From the human T2T-CHM13v2.0 reference genome, Homo sapiens, in NCBI RefSeq assembly GCF_009914755.1, contig NC_060928.1: 64,000 nucleotides of DNA; one strand, written 5' to 3'. Positions 1 through 15,912 of this stretch are shown piece by piece (positions within the stretch are counted from its first letter, which is position 1; each line of letters begins with the position of its first letter). A program made the position numbers and the translations under genes. The notes below the pieces were generated by a model that saw only the letters and a list, made by a program, of their open reading frames with translations, was not told the DNA's origin and made no database searches.

Positions 1-185
1 GTCGATCTGAAACAGCTCGATGTCATTGGGCTTGGAAATGCGAGAGACCTCTATGTCTTGGAATTTGACAAATTTGGTCCAACTCTCGTCGTATTTGTAA
101 ATGTGAGAGCCACCGAAGAGCTGGGCTACCACCACAAAGACCTGATCATCGATGAGAATGGCCTTACAGCCCACGATGGACTGAC
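1..185 (-). CDS. LGI2: LGI2 exon 8, 5' part (EPTP repeats; runs off the window edge)
   Basis: Acceptor cacag (AG at 187-186), branch-like CTAAT at about 216-212. Reads [62 protein letters not shown]. Confidence 0.97.
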
Positions 186-249
186 CTGTGCTCCAAAATA
201 AAGGAGAGGACATTAGTGCAACTACAGCTAAAAACGCATCTCCGCTTGT

Positions 250-1230
250 ACTCTTATACACTGCTGGTGGGAGTGTGAAATGGCACAGCCACTATGGAAA
301 ACAGTATGGTGGTTCCTTGAAAAATTAAACATGGAATTACCCTATGAGCCAGCAATTCCACTTCTTTGTATATACCCAAAATAATTGAAAGCAGTGACTC
401 AAAGAGATATCTGTACACCTAATGCTATAGACCAAATGTTTGTGCTCTCTCCAAATGCATATGATGAAACCTCATCTCCAATGTGATGGTATTTGGTGGT
501 GGGGCCTTTGGGAGGTGATTAGGTCATGGGAGCAGAGTCCTCAGGAATGGGATTAGTGCCTTCCAACTCCCTCTGCCCTTTCACCACATAGACACAGCAA
601 AGAGGTGGCCAGCTATGCAGTGGGTTCTTGCCACATACCAAATCTGCCAATGTCTTGATCTTGGACTTCCCAGGCCCAGAACTATGAGAAATAAATTTCT
701 GTTGCTTATAAGCCACTCAGTCTACGGTATTCTGTTGCAGCAGCCCAAACAGACTAAGACACCTATAACATCATCCTTCACAATAGCCGAAAGGTGGAAG
801 CAACCCAAGTTGCTTCAATGGACAAATAGATAGACAAAATGTGGCATATACATAAAATGGAATATTATTCAGCCCTAAAAGGAGGAAAATTCTGACATAT
901 GCTACAACATGGATGGACTTTGAGGGCATTAGGCTAAGTGAAATAGCCAGTCACAAAAAGACGAATACTATATGATTCCACTTATATGAGGTACCTAGAG
1001 CAGTCAGATGCATAGAGACAGAAAGGCAAAGAGTGGTTTTCAGGGGCTGTGGGATGGGGCAAATGAGGAGTTGTCATTTAATGGCACAGAGTTTCAGTTT
1101 TTCAAGATGAAAAGCGTTTGGACGTTAGTTGTACAACACTGTGAATGTACCTAATGCCACTGACCAGTATACTAAAACATGGTTAAGACAGTACATTTTG
1201 TGCTATGTGTATGTTGCCACAATTAAAACA
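250..1230 (+). mobile_element. Old L1 (L1M/L1MB-like) 3' fragment, interrupted by an MLT1A LTR
   Basis: L1 ORF2-end and 3' UTR motifs (cactgctggtgggagtgtgaaatggcacagccactatggaaaacag; acaacatggatggactttgagggcattaggctaagtgaaatag). Confidence 0.85.
423..761 (+). mobile_element. MaLR solo LTR (MLT1A-like)
   Basis: tgctatagac...cagcccaaacagactaagaca termini, imperfect TSD cctaa/cctat. Confidence 0.85.
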
Positions 1231-1689
1231 ATTTTTTTAAGTTGTTTAAAAATGTGCTTCCGTAGAAATGGCTGAGTGAGGTCTTCAGGGCCTCTGGAGT
1301 CCTCAGAGGCAGGCATACAATTCAGGAAACTCACTAACGCACCAAGGGAATTATCATCATGTTTTTAAATAAAGCTACATTAATTAGCTTGATTTAGCCA
1401 TTCCACAATGTATACATATTTCAAAACAACATTTTATACACAAATAAATAGATACAATTTTAATTTGTCAGTTTAAAAAATGTGTATCCTTGAAAAAAAA
1501 AAAGTATTTCCTGACTCCATATGGCAGAAGGAGGCAGTTAAACAGGCTTCTCCTGGGGTGGTGGGGGGTTGCGGGGGGTAAGGGATGATAAAAAGGCAGG
1601 AGTGAGGTCTCAGAGGCAGGAGAAAAAGATTTCTGAGTGTTCTTGAAGACATTTGGGCTCTTTTGATTTCCAGAGCTAAAGGAAGCCAA

Positions 1690-1960
1690 GTGGAGGCAGA
1701 AAGAGTAGGATTAAACCTTATGACACAGACCAGGTGGCCTAGGGTTCAAAGCCCAGCCCCGCACCTTGTAAGCTTTCTGACCCTGTGCTGGTTAACCCAA
1801 CTCTCTGTGCTCAAGTTCCTCATTCGTAAAATGAGACTGAAGATGCTGCCAGCACTGATCTTACAAGTGACTATAAGGATGAAATGAGATCATTCATGGC
1901 AAGCGTTTTTAGCATGGAGCACTGGCACCTAGCGGGTGATTGCTCATTAGTGGCTATCAT
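1690..1960 (+). mobile_element. MIR
   Basis: Core gggttcaaagcccagc...ctctctgtgctcaagttcctcattcgtaaaatg. Confidence 0.7.
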
Positions 1961-2569
1961 TATTGAACAATTGAAGCAATTGTCACTATAATCACAAGAC
2001 CTTGCCCCTTAGTGCTTGCCCATAGTGGGCATGCATAAGTATCTAAAGAAGGAGCAATAGTCTGAATGATCTAGCTCAGACGTCATAAAACTAAGACTTT
2101 GCAGAGGCAGGGGACCATTTTCCGTGGTGACTCTCCCCTCTGGCTCACCTCCCACCATCCCTTATCACCCTGCACCCAGATGCCCCCCAGACCTCCCCAT
2201 TCCAGAAGACCAACCACTAAGCAAAGGACCACCTACGAGACCACTGATCCTCCATCTAGATCACTCCATTAAAGGTTATTTCTTTCCTTTAATTTTCTAG
2301 GTAATTTGGACCAAAGTGAATTTGGCCAGAATCCCAAATTCTAAGGATGATTCCATTTCTATCCTAAGGATTGGCTCTGGGGGCTGACACTGGGTGGTTT
2401 TCAGAGTGGCATTTACTTTTCTCTTTCACCATTCTGGTCTTCCTGCAAGGACCTAATCCCTTTTCCTTGTTTAAAACTAATTATTGCATTGTTTTTCCCT
2501 GAGGATATGTGTGTTAAATGTTTACCAGAGCAAATTTTGAAAATACTAAGAGGTAAAACTTAAGAAGTG

Positions 2570-2800
2570 TGTAGGTATGACCAGGCACTATTCTAAGCAC
2601 TTTACATGCATTTACTTATTTAATCGTTATAACAACTATATGAGGCATATACTATTCTTAGCATCATCATCATCCCCATTTTATAAAGGGTAAAACCGAG
2701 GCACAGAGAAGTTAAGTAATTTATTAAAAGTCACATAGCTAGTATGTGGTAGAGACTGAGATTTAAATTCAGATAATTTGGCCTCAGTCTATACTCTGAT
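2570..2800 (-). mobile_element. MIR
   Basis: ccaggcactattctaagcacttt...ccccattttataaagggtaaaaccgaggcacagagaagttaagt. Confidence 0.75.
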
Positions 2801-3493
2801 ACCAAAGAATCAAAAAGCACAAAGAAGAAAATACAAACCAGTTGTACTATAAATGTGAAATAACACTTAATATCTTGATATATTATTTAATTTTTAATCT
2901 GTGCACATATTCAAGTATTCTTTTTTTAAAAAACTGGGGTTTACGTTATCCATAGATATTTTATAATCTACTTTTTTTTCACTTGGCGCCCATGCTGTGA
3001 ACATTTCCTCATGTGGATGATTCTTCAACAACTTGATATTGACACTACACAGTATCCCATTGCATGGATGCACCATATTTTACTTAATTAATGCTCTACT
3101 GTTGGACATTGCAATTATTTCTAGCTTTTCCTTATTGTAAAATAACGTTTCCTTTAAAATATTGTTAAATAACGTTTTGATACCATCTGGCAGTGTTCTC
3201 AAGTGTAAGAATTGCTGGGGCAAATGTTGTGCACATTTTTAAGCTTTTGGGTTTTAACTGCCAAGCTGCTCTTCAAAAGCGGCATTGATTTCCACCCTGC
3301 CAGCACTAATTGAGAGGGCAGGCTCCTCGTCCCCTTCTTGAGCACCTGGCTATGGAGGCTACCACCCCCTAGAAGTGTCCTAGAGGTCTGCCTGTCACAG
3401 CCAAAGGACCGCGTGAAACAGAAGGAATTCCTTTCCCGGCTCTGTAACACACTCTGTCCAGGTTAGCCATGGAGTTGTCAGTAGCAGACAGAT

Positions 3494-3495
<2 letters not shown>

Positions 3496-3547
<52 letters not shown>
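3496..3547. repeat. (GT)26 microsatellite
   Basis: Perfect GT dinucleotide run. Confidence 0.97.
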
Positions 3548-3549
<2 letters not shown>

Positions 3550-4184
3550 GAAGAGGGATTATAGGTTGGAACATACTTAGCCTGCAGAAATCAAAAGGCG
3601 AACAAAATAAACCAAAATTGAGAAAGCCAAGATGAGACGTAGAGAGAACAAGGGGAAGTGAACCTCAGGGTGAACATGACCATGGGTTTCTCTCTCTCCC
3701 CTGGTGCACATGGACAGCTGGAGCCATCCCTTTGGCAACATGGTCACCAGGCCTGCAAAGGAGGAAGTGCATGGATTGAGAAAATCCTGTCCTGCCCTTG
3801 TCAACTTGGGGACCACCCCATGGCCAAACAAGATGTCAAATGAGGTGTGCACAGCACAGGGAGGGAGAATGGTCCACATTTACCTTGTTCTTCTTGAAGC
3901 AAGTAGCACCTAGGGCAGTGTCCTTGCCTACCCACGTGTGCTATAGGGCTTTCCCTCATGCCAGGCTCAATGCCAGCAACCGAGAGACAGCTCCTCTCCT
4001 CCCTCCATGAAGTGATCCCCCTTCCTTCTGTAGCACCACCTTCTACCTCCTTCAGGGAAGTCTGCTGGTCTCTGCATTCCCTACGTTCATGCAAGTTGTG
4101 GAGCAGTTTTAATGGAAATCAAAAAGGTAGAGTCTGTGGGTGGAAAAGGAGGGTTGCTCCTATTTTACCCCCATTAAATCCTTA

Positions 4185-4496
<312 letters not shown>

Positions 4497-4999
4497 TCCT
4501 TATAGTATTTCCCTGAGTCCAATACAATGCTGATCCCATTTTACAGATAAAGTGGAAATTCCTAAAATCTCCACTTTACAGATGAAAGGGGCTCATGCAC
4601 ATTAAATCACTTGGCCGTGGCCACCAGCTAGTAAGGGCTGGAGCCAGGAAGATCAAAAGCCAGTCTGATGTTGGAACTCATTTCTTAGGCTTGGTGGTAA
4701 AAAGAGGAGCCGGGTGGGCTTCATGTCATGCCGCCAAGCTGTGGGATGATTCAGACTTGGAGACTGAGGGGCTGAGGAATCTTTGGAAACTAACAAGGTC
4801 CAGCAGGGCTCTGGCCCCAGCCACACCCACTCGGATCGCACTGACTTCCTCCCCACCAGCTCTGTGGCCTCCGTTTGGTCCAGGCCATACTCGCTTGCCT
4901 GGGTTCCGGATTCTTGCCATAGCCTCTTAGCTAGCCACTGTGCTTCGACCTTTGTGCTCTCACTCTAAAAGACTATGTTTGACCCGGTAGCTGGACACA

Positions 5000-5952
<953 letters not shown>

Positions 5953-5989
5953 ATTTAAGAATGCCACCAGCTGCAGTATATCAGAAGGG

Positions 5990-6334
<345 letters not shown>

Positions 6335-6672
6335 CTAAACCTTGACCTCATCATTTGTAAGGTTGTGAAAAGGATGGCAGCTTTGAGAAGCGCCCGCTCT
6401 GTGCACTCAATCCTCATAGCATCCACATGAGGCACATCCACTCCCCATTTCCCAGATGAGAGAACCAAGCTTCAAAGGCACACATTCTTCCTAGACCACG
6501 GCAGAGTTGGGAGTATAATCCGTGTGCATCAGTTTTCAAAACCTGAGCTCTTTCTAGTATGTATGCCTCCTCTCTCTAAAGAAGAGAGCTTTTGTCCTCT
6601 AACCTATGGGCAGGTGTAACTCCAAGAGCTGTTATGAGCTTCCAATGGGATAAACTAGGCCCTGGTGCCTCA

Positions 6673-7017
<345 letters not shown>

Positions 7018-7642
7018 CAAAAAAACCAAAAAACAGAAAACAGCAAAGCTTCACTCTGTTCCCATCTCCTACCAGAGAGGAGGAGAAAAGGCAGAGAGAC
7101 CAGCTCATCCTCCCCTCCCCTATCTTCCATGTCAGGACAAAGGGGGAAGCACAAAACCACGTGGACATGGACTCACTTCCTCATCTCCCTTGTTCTTGGC
7201 TTCCACAGCAGGTTCACCTGTGCTACTCTGTGCTGAGTCTGCACTTCCAAGAGCGTTACTCTCCGGAAGGTGAGCTCAGCACGGGGAGGCCAGATGGCCC
7301 GACGGTGGCCAGCTCATCTGAAATGGCATCCTCGGAGCATCCGTTGTACATCTCACACCGAGATACACTGTGAGATAAGGCTCATTAGCAGCTCTCCCTG
7401 CCTCCCCACATCCCTGTACCTGCTGGGAAGCCACTTGGTGCTTGGGAGACTCTTAGGAGCCTCCCAACCCAGAAATTCTACCTGAATATGCTTCTTGCTA
7501 CAACAGTAAAACGCTGCTCTAAGGCCACATCAGGAACCTCTAAAGGAAACCCTCTCCTGGGGTGATAATTAGACCTTTGTGGCACTGTTTACACAGTATT
7601 GTTATCAGATTGCACGTTGATAAATGAGGAGTCTTTCAAAGG

Positions 7643-7719
7643 TTATTTCAAAAGCAAGTAGACAGTCCACATTCAGTAGGGCTAAGGCACTGGGATCCCA
7701 TGACGGCACTGAAAGAAGC
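7643..7719 (+). repeat. 77-bp dispersed direct repeat, copy 1 (intron 7)
   Basis: ttatttcaaaagcaagtagacagtccacattcagtagggctaaggcactgggatcccatgacggcactgaaagaagc, 75/77 identical to 9423-9499. Confidence 0.95.
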
Positions 7720-8255
7720 GTTAACTAATTCATATCCCAAATGCCTAATTTAGGGATCCATTTATTCTTATTTCGTATGTACTTACTAAAAGAAAGCAGT
7801 GATCACTAGGACTTAGCAAAGGGCACTAGGAACAAACTATAGGGTATGTGTGTGTGTGTGTTTGTTAGCATATTGGTTAACAATCAGCTTAATGAAAGTC
7901 AAAGCATCATTTAGCTGCTACAAAGCTGGTGCAGACTTGGGCTCCCATACTGCTCAGGACAAGGGATTCTCAGTGTGACTTCTCACCACTACTAGAAAAT
8001 GCCTCCCACCACATGCAACCCGTAAATGATCATCAATAATAAGCAGGATCACTACCTGAGGTTTCCACTCTCTCAGTAATGGACCACACCAAGACAAAAA
8101 CTGGAGAGACCCAGAGGGAAGGCTGGGACGTGTTCCCCAGCTCTAACCAGGTTAGAGAGCCGAGCTCTCCCTCAATACAGAGGACATTCCTCCTCCCGCG
8201 GGCTTGCCGCAATGCTGAAATTAGTTCAACACATCTGATCAAAGCCACAACACAC

Positions 8256-8420
8256 CTGTAATGTTGTCATAGCTCCGGAAATTCATTTCAATGTGGTCCC
8301 ACTCCAGCACCATGCAGTTCTCCATGCTGGGCTGCGCGATGGCCACGTACACATCGTTCTTGGAGTTGAACGTATCCACTGAAACCGACTGGTAGGGTAA
8401 AGTCTGATGAACAACAAAAT
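8256..8420 (-). CDS. LGI2: LGI2 exon 7 (165 nt, first EPTP/EAR repeat region)
   Basis: Acceptor ccccag, donor AG|GTGTGT. Reads [55 protein letters not shown], phase 1-1. Confidence 0.97.
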
Positions 8421-9422
8421 CTGGGGATGGGTGTTTAAAAAGAAAAGCGTTCATAAAATCTCCTGTAGGGATTATCAACCACCATCACCGTTCCATCATC
8501 ACATCAGCTCTGAAAAGGACTGGGGAGGAGGAGGAGGATAGGAGAGATGCAACACAAACATCACAGCGTATTTTACTCTGGGACATTCCAGAAAGAGTCC
8601 TGGCTTGCGCAGGATTATCAGACAGAATGCACAGTTTCTAGTACAGCTTCCTGTGGAGAAACAGCTTCCCGAGTTTGGCTAAAGGATCTCAGAGTTTTAA
8701 ACATATTTGGTGAGACTTGGCTTTCAAAGTGGTAAGACGGACAGGACGCTGCACAGCAACATTCTCAAAACTGCCGTGCAAATCACTCTGTGACAAGCGG
8801 GGGCTGCGGTCCAGTGAGTTTGGAAAATGCTGTACTTCCAGCTCTCTCAGAACAGCCCCTGAAGGGAAGAAGTCTGTTTTTTGTTTGATATGGTGCTTCT
8901 CAAACTTACCTGACCCTTTATCTCCAGTTCTTATAAACCCTAGCTCGGGATTACCTGTCAGCAGACAACCCCACTGCACGTTCAGAATGAATGGTACACT
9001 CCCCAAATGGTACACTGAACATTGGAAACCAAACCAAACCCTCTGCTATGGTCTTAGGGGTATTATGGTTTCTACCCACTTAGCCTAGCACGAAGTGAGT
9101 GCTCAATACATGTTACCTTTTAGAGGTGCCCCTCCCTTCATTCTGGGGGCAGAGTAGGTGCTTACTGAATCCTTGTTGGCTAAACCACTGTGAGGCGGCT
9201 GGCCTTGCTTCTCAGCCCACTCTAAAGACTACAGGGGAGGGGACGGAGGCTGAGTGGTATATGAAGATGTGGGGAGAAGGAGGAGAAAAGAGGCTGCCTC
9301 TGCAGCCCAACAGGCAGGAGGTGACTGAGGGAGAGTGTGGACAAGTGGCTCTAGTGGACGGGGTACCTTCCCATCCCCAAGTCCAGAGCAGAACATCCTG
9401 GTGAAGGGCTTCTGATTCACGA

Positions 9423-9499
9423 TTATTTCAAAAGCAAGTAGACAGTCCATATTTAGTAGGGCTAAGGCACTGGGATCCCATGACGGCACTGAAAGAAGC
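9423..9499 (+). repeat. 77-bp dispersed direct repeat, copy 2 (intron 6)
   Basis: Differs from copy 1 only by two C/T changes (9450, 9454). Confidence 0.95.
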
Positions 9500-10461
9500 A
9501 CTTTTAGTTACATGACCTTTGGCAAGACAATTGAGCCTGAGGTTCTTTTTTCACCTGTAAAATGAAGGTGGTGTCTATTTCATGAGGTTGCCATAAAGAC
9601 TAAATGCAAGGTACATGTAAGTATATATTGCAGTGCTATGGTGATCACTCAGTAGTTGACATATGCAACAATGATAGTATTCAGTTGCCTACTTGAAGAC
9701 TTAGGGAAGAGTCATGGCTCTCCCTCAATCCCCTCCCACCACCAAAATAATAGTTGCTTGGTCAAAGATAAATAAACAGAAAAAAGTGAACCTCTGTTCA
9801 CTCCTGTTGGCACTAGCAGTGCCAACAGTGTAGAAGCCAGAAAGCGTGTGTTCACTGCACAAGACTTTGCTGGTTTCTGTGTTCACATGTAGACAGAGAA
9901 AGGGGAAATGGCAGCAGTCATCATGTGCTCCCTTTTCTGGGGATATAAAAAGATTTGGAGAATACAGCTGCTTTCTTTTAATTACAACCAAGATGGCTAT
10001 AAACTCCTCTCCTACATCTCCGGTTGCATTCGACTACTCCGAGTCTGCCAAAAGTTCTAAGCACTCCCGTGACGCCCATAACTCACTCACCTCCTCCCTC
10101 CCATTAGCCTCCCTACTGCACTCTGAATTCTCAGAAACATGAGCATTTGCTTAAAAAGGCAGGCTGTTTAAAGTGTAGACTAGAAAGTTTCTGTTTTTAT
10201 TGAAGAATCCCAGGATGAAAAGGAGTTGTCACAGTGCAGAGCATTTTACAAATCTAGCCTGTCGTGGCCCTGTTTTAATCTATTTTCCCCATATAGTGGT
10301 TTCATAATATTTCCTACATACTGATTATCTGGCATGACACAGATTGTTAAATCATTTGAATTATAAATGTAACTCTTAATAGAAGAACCCACCCCCGCCC
10401 CCGCCAAAAAAAAGGAAGGAGAAGGAGGAAGAAGAGGAAGAGAAGGAAAAAAGAAGAACAG

Positions 10462-10832
<371 letters not shown>

Positions 10833-13182
10833 TCAGAGGACCAGAGGAATTTAAATATCTTCTCCCACCCCCAATTAAATTTACTTCTCACAAACAGCAA
10901 AAGCACATTCTTGTGGAAAGATCTCAGAAATACACATATTGATGTGACATCAATTTACTAGTGTTAAAATATTAATGGCACTCTGCAAAAAGAACTGCCA
11001 CTTCCATTCACACTGGATTAAGTTCATGATGTCAGTGGGACTCTTACAATTTAGGCCTTTCTCCCAGTGGAATCAACAGATTTTTACATAGCTATTTATA
11101 GCACTTGCAGAAAATAAATTATACATGACGCCGATCCTTCTGGGAGAGAAACTGCACATTAATGCATTATTTCTCTGTGCATTTTCATCAGCCCTGAAAA
11201 GGGGAAGCTAACAGGACAATTAGAATGCAAAATTCACTTCCTCTAAGGAATTTAGTGAATTACCCACCTAACACAGGGAATCATCGGTAGGTAACAGGGA
11301 CTTTTGAGGTGGTTAAAAATAGACTTGAAGGGGAGGGTTCAAGAGCTGATTAATGTAAAGACCTGAAACAGCCCAATGGTGGCTTTGTGATATGAATTAC
11401 ACCCCTTGGCCAAGGAATAGAATGGTAACAGTACCTTCCTCTCTCTGGGAAAAAACAGTGAAACAGGAGAAAACTCACCCCTTTTCCGATAATCTGAGTT
11501 GAAAAGGAAAACAATCATATTCAGAAAATGTGCTTCTTTCTAAACCTTTGGCAAGAATACGATCACTGTACCATGAACTCTCGACCTTTGGCTTTCCATT
11601 TTCCCTCCATCCTCATTTGTTCCCCCGACCCCACGCCCCTACTCCCCATCTAGCTTTTAACGAAGCAACAGAGGCTAAGGTTTGATCTGAACAGAAGACA
11701 TGAACCCCGAACACTCAAAATTTGTTGACCTAGTTCTTACACAGCGGGGCCTATGTTTGGGGGTGGATCACAACTTTGTTGTACCATTTTTTTCCCGATG
11801 GAAGAAACTGTCAGCAAGAGCCTCATCTCTGTTTGTGAGTCTTAAAGGGATAAAACCATAGCACAAAGCCAGAATTATCATCTCCCTCTCACCAGAAAGC
11901 CTAGCGCTGACTTTCTAAAGTTTAGTAGGAAGCTTGTTCATGAAGACAAATACTGCATGAGACAGAGAAGGCTCTAAAATGTGTTAAGGCCTCTTGCTAC
12001 TCCATGTTGGGATGAGGACAGGTTACCTCAGTTCCAAGCTACCACCATTCCAATAACAATTCTCAGAGCCTGGATCACTTTTATAACTATCCTCAGGGCC
12101 CTAAGCTCAGAAAATATGTTTTCTTGTAGAAATTATTTCCTATTCCCACGGCCCTATAGCCCATTACTTCCATCAGAGATTAGCAAAGTTTCTCCACGCT
12201 ATGGCCAGGTGTGAAGAGAACAAGGGAAAATCTGCAAATTTCACCTTGGTGTTTCGAGACCTCTGCAGAGAAAATGGAGAAAAGGTAGTGAGAAGTCTCA
12301 GTGAGCTTTAGTTTAGCTTTGGTTTATTCAATTTAATTAAATTTAGCATTTAACGCCAAATAGTCTTGAATGCCACCTTTTGGTGCAAATGTTATCGACT
12401 ACGACCTCTGATTTATTGTCCTGGCCCTAAAATACAATAAACTAACCTCGTAGTGGCCTCAGCTGACTGTGGGGCACCTGTCAATTACACAGCTGAGTAA
12501 GCCCCTATTTGATGATGAAAGGAAAAGTCATTTCTGTGAGATTGCAGGTTGTCTATCAGAAAAGAATAGAACTTGCAGGGTCCCTTATTTACAAACAAAG
12601 ATACCTAGAAATGATCTTTACTTTCTGGGTTTTTGTTTATTTGTTGGAAGGTGGTAGCGGGGACTGGCCTAAATATGATATTTTGTTCTTGGAGTTTTGG
12701 TGTCTTTTGAGTTTCTGTAACTATTTTCTGTTTCTCATTCCTGCTGCTTCTCCTGACATGACTTGAGGCTTTGTAGATATCAGCTCTCAGCCTGAATGTT
12801 TATTTTTATAAATTGGGTAAGCAGGTTTCATACAGCGGCCTGATCCTCCTCTCTCTGGCTTTAGAAGCTGTAGAAACCCCACCTAAGCCTTTCCAATGGA
12901 GATACTCACCAATACCTTTGGCCCCATGTTGTGACAGTGGAGGCAGTTAGTATTTTGGTTTTATCTTATAACCTGAAAAATGTATAAACTGAAAGTTTGT
13001 GGCAGGCCCTGGAAAACAAAATCAAGCTTTCTTTACATTTTTCCCTCGATATGAGCTGTTTCCTTTTGATAACTAGTTGTTAACTTTTATTTTCTATTTT
13101 GCCATTGGTTATAATTTACCTAGTTATCTCTTCTTACATGGGACTCTGAAAGTCATTTGTGGGTTTAAAAGTCTGGTGTTTG

Positions 13183-13506
<324 letters not shown>

Positions 13507-13909
13507 TTAAATGTCCAATGAACATCTTCCTAAAGCAAAAGAACAGTCTCAACCGAGTAATCTAAGCCTCCCTGCAGTGGCCTTCTATGAAACCTAGATT
13601 GATTTGAAAATGTTCTCCTGCCAAACCCACAAGTTTATACTTTGACTTAAGAAAATGAAACACTTACAGAAATTTGAATTTCGTAAAGAAGCAAAAATAA
13701 AGCCAGGGCAGTTAACAAAAATTCTCCCAAACTTTTGAGATATTTTCCTTACCACATCGATTCATTTCTTTAGAATGTTTAAAATTTCTCTAAAACAATT
13801 TTGATAAACAGTTCTATATTCACTTTTCCCCAGTCTCTGTTGACAGTGTAAAAGAAAGACAAAGAGATTATTCTAAATATCCGTGTCTGATGAGATAGGC
13901 TCTGAATAC

Positions 13910-14079
13910 CTGTAGTTGTGCATTCATAGTCAAAGCTGGTCACGTCATTTAGCTTCTTTTCCTGATACTCTGGTGGACCAATACACAGCACATCAGAAAC
14001 GGTGGAATTTGTCATCTTCAACCACAGGTATAGCCACTTGGCTTTGCAGTCACATTCAAATTTATTACCCCTCAAATCT
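13910..14079 (-). CDS. LGI2: LGI2 exon 6 (170 nt, LRR C-terminal cysteine cap)
   Basis: Acceptor ttttag, donor AG|GTATTC. Reads DLRGNKFECDCKAKWLYLWLKMTNSTVSDVLCIGPPEYQEKKLNDVTSFDYECTTT, inside ORF 13779..14135. Confidence 0.97.
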
Positions 14080-14454
14080 CTAAAAATCAAAATAAAACAC
14101 AAACACATACAAAGAGAAATAGATGTGTCTGACATGTTTTGGTAGTAACACGAAACTCCAGAATTATTAACATCCTGATATATTTAAAACCCCCTAAAAA
14201 TGGAGTTTAAAAACTTTTATAATTAATATCTCCTGTTTCTTGTATCTATCATTGACTTTATTTAATACTCCTCAGCACCTGGGAATTTAACTGAATAACT
14301 GTATAATGTCCAGAGAGCTCTCAGCGAGGACATATCATCTCTCCAAATGCTCTCGTCTCCACGCCATGCCAGAAATGGGAGACATATGATAGAAGAGCAG
14401 CCCCCAACAGAGGTTCTCATAAACAAAGAGGATATTGTAGGAAGACAGTTTTCA

Positions 14455-14795
<341 letters not shown>

Positions 14796-15087
14796 TACAT
14801 CCAGTAAGAAGCAATGATAGAAGATAAAGCAGGTGAACGTGCCATCTCAGGGAGGTGATCTCCCACCCAGCAAGTGTGATTTACCATTGGCCTCATGGTG
14901 CTAAGTATAAAATGGCAAAATCCAACACAATACAAACTGTATGCTATTTCCCAGGATGCACTACTTTGTTATAGATTTTTAACCACAGCATAAAAGAAAT
15001 GCATAAAAGAAAGGCGAGAGGGGATTGAAAGACATGATTAACTGGGGCACAATGACAAACACACATAAACTAAATTTCATTACTTAC

Positions 15088-15159
15088 AGTTCAATCAGAG
15101 AGTCTAAATCACTGAAGACATCCCTTGGTAGTGCTTTTATGTGGTTATTGGCCAAAGAA
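15088..15159 (-). CDS. LGI2: LGI2 exon 5 (72 nt LRR)
   Basis: Acceptor tctag, donor GTAAGT. Reads (L)SLANNHIKALPRDVFSDLDSLIE(L). Confidence 0.97.
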
Positions 15160-15399
15160 CTAGAACAAGAAAGTCACATTGCAATGTGATTATTATCTCA
15201 TGCCCTGTCACTCTCAACTCCCTTCAGATAAAGCTGTTGACTTATAGCACGGCTTTGGTCATCAATACTGAGATAGAGAAATGAGCTTAGTTATGCAAAT
15301 ATAACATAAGAGATGCTGGATTATAATATACATTTTCTTTCTTTTTTTTTTTACAAAAAGCACTTTTTAAGCTCTTTATGTATATTTGCTCAACCTCAG

Positions 15400-15912
15400 A
15401 TGGCTTCCCATGTTTCCTGGAATCAAAGCCAAAGTTCCTTCGGTGGCATGCAAGACCCTTTATTGCCTGGCTACCTCCACTCTTGCTTACCTAGGAGACC
15501 CCATCTCATCGGTTTCCAACTACTCAGTGGATCTCTGATCTAGCCACACTGGCCTCCTTGCTATTCCTCCAACAGGTGAGGCATGCTCCTACCCTCCAGG
15601 CCTCTGAACTTGGTCATCTGCCTGGAATGTTCTTTCCCCAGCTATCCATTTGGAATTCCATTGCCTCCTTTGGGTCTGTCCTCAAGTATCACCACTTCTC
15701 AGGCCTCTGCACATCTCCCTTCCCTGTACCACCATCATTTGGTACACTACATATTTTAATTAACTATTTGTTTACTGGCTGTGTATTCCCCCTCTACATA
15801 AGCCACATGAGGACAGAGATTATTGTCTGTCTGTCCACTGCTGTATCCCCAGTTCCTAGAACAGTGCCTGGCACACAGCAGGTACTCAGTATATCTTTGC
15901 TGAATTGATGTA
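15400..15912 (+). mobile_element. L2 3' fragment
   Basis: ccactgctgtatccccagttcctagaacagtgcctggcacacagcaggtactcagt L2 3' end. Confidence 0.75.
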
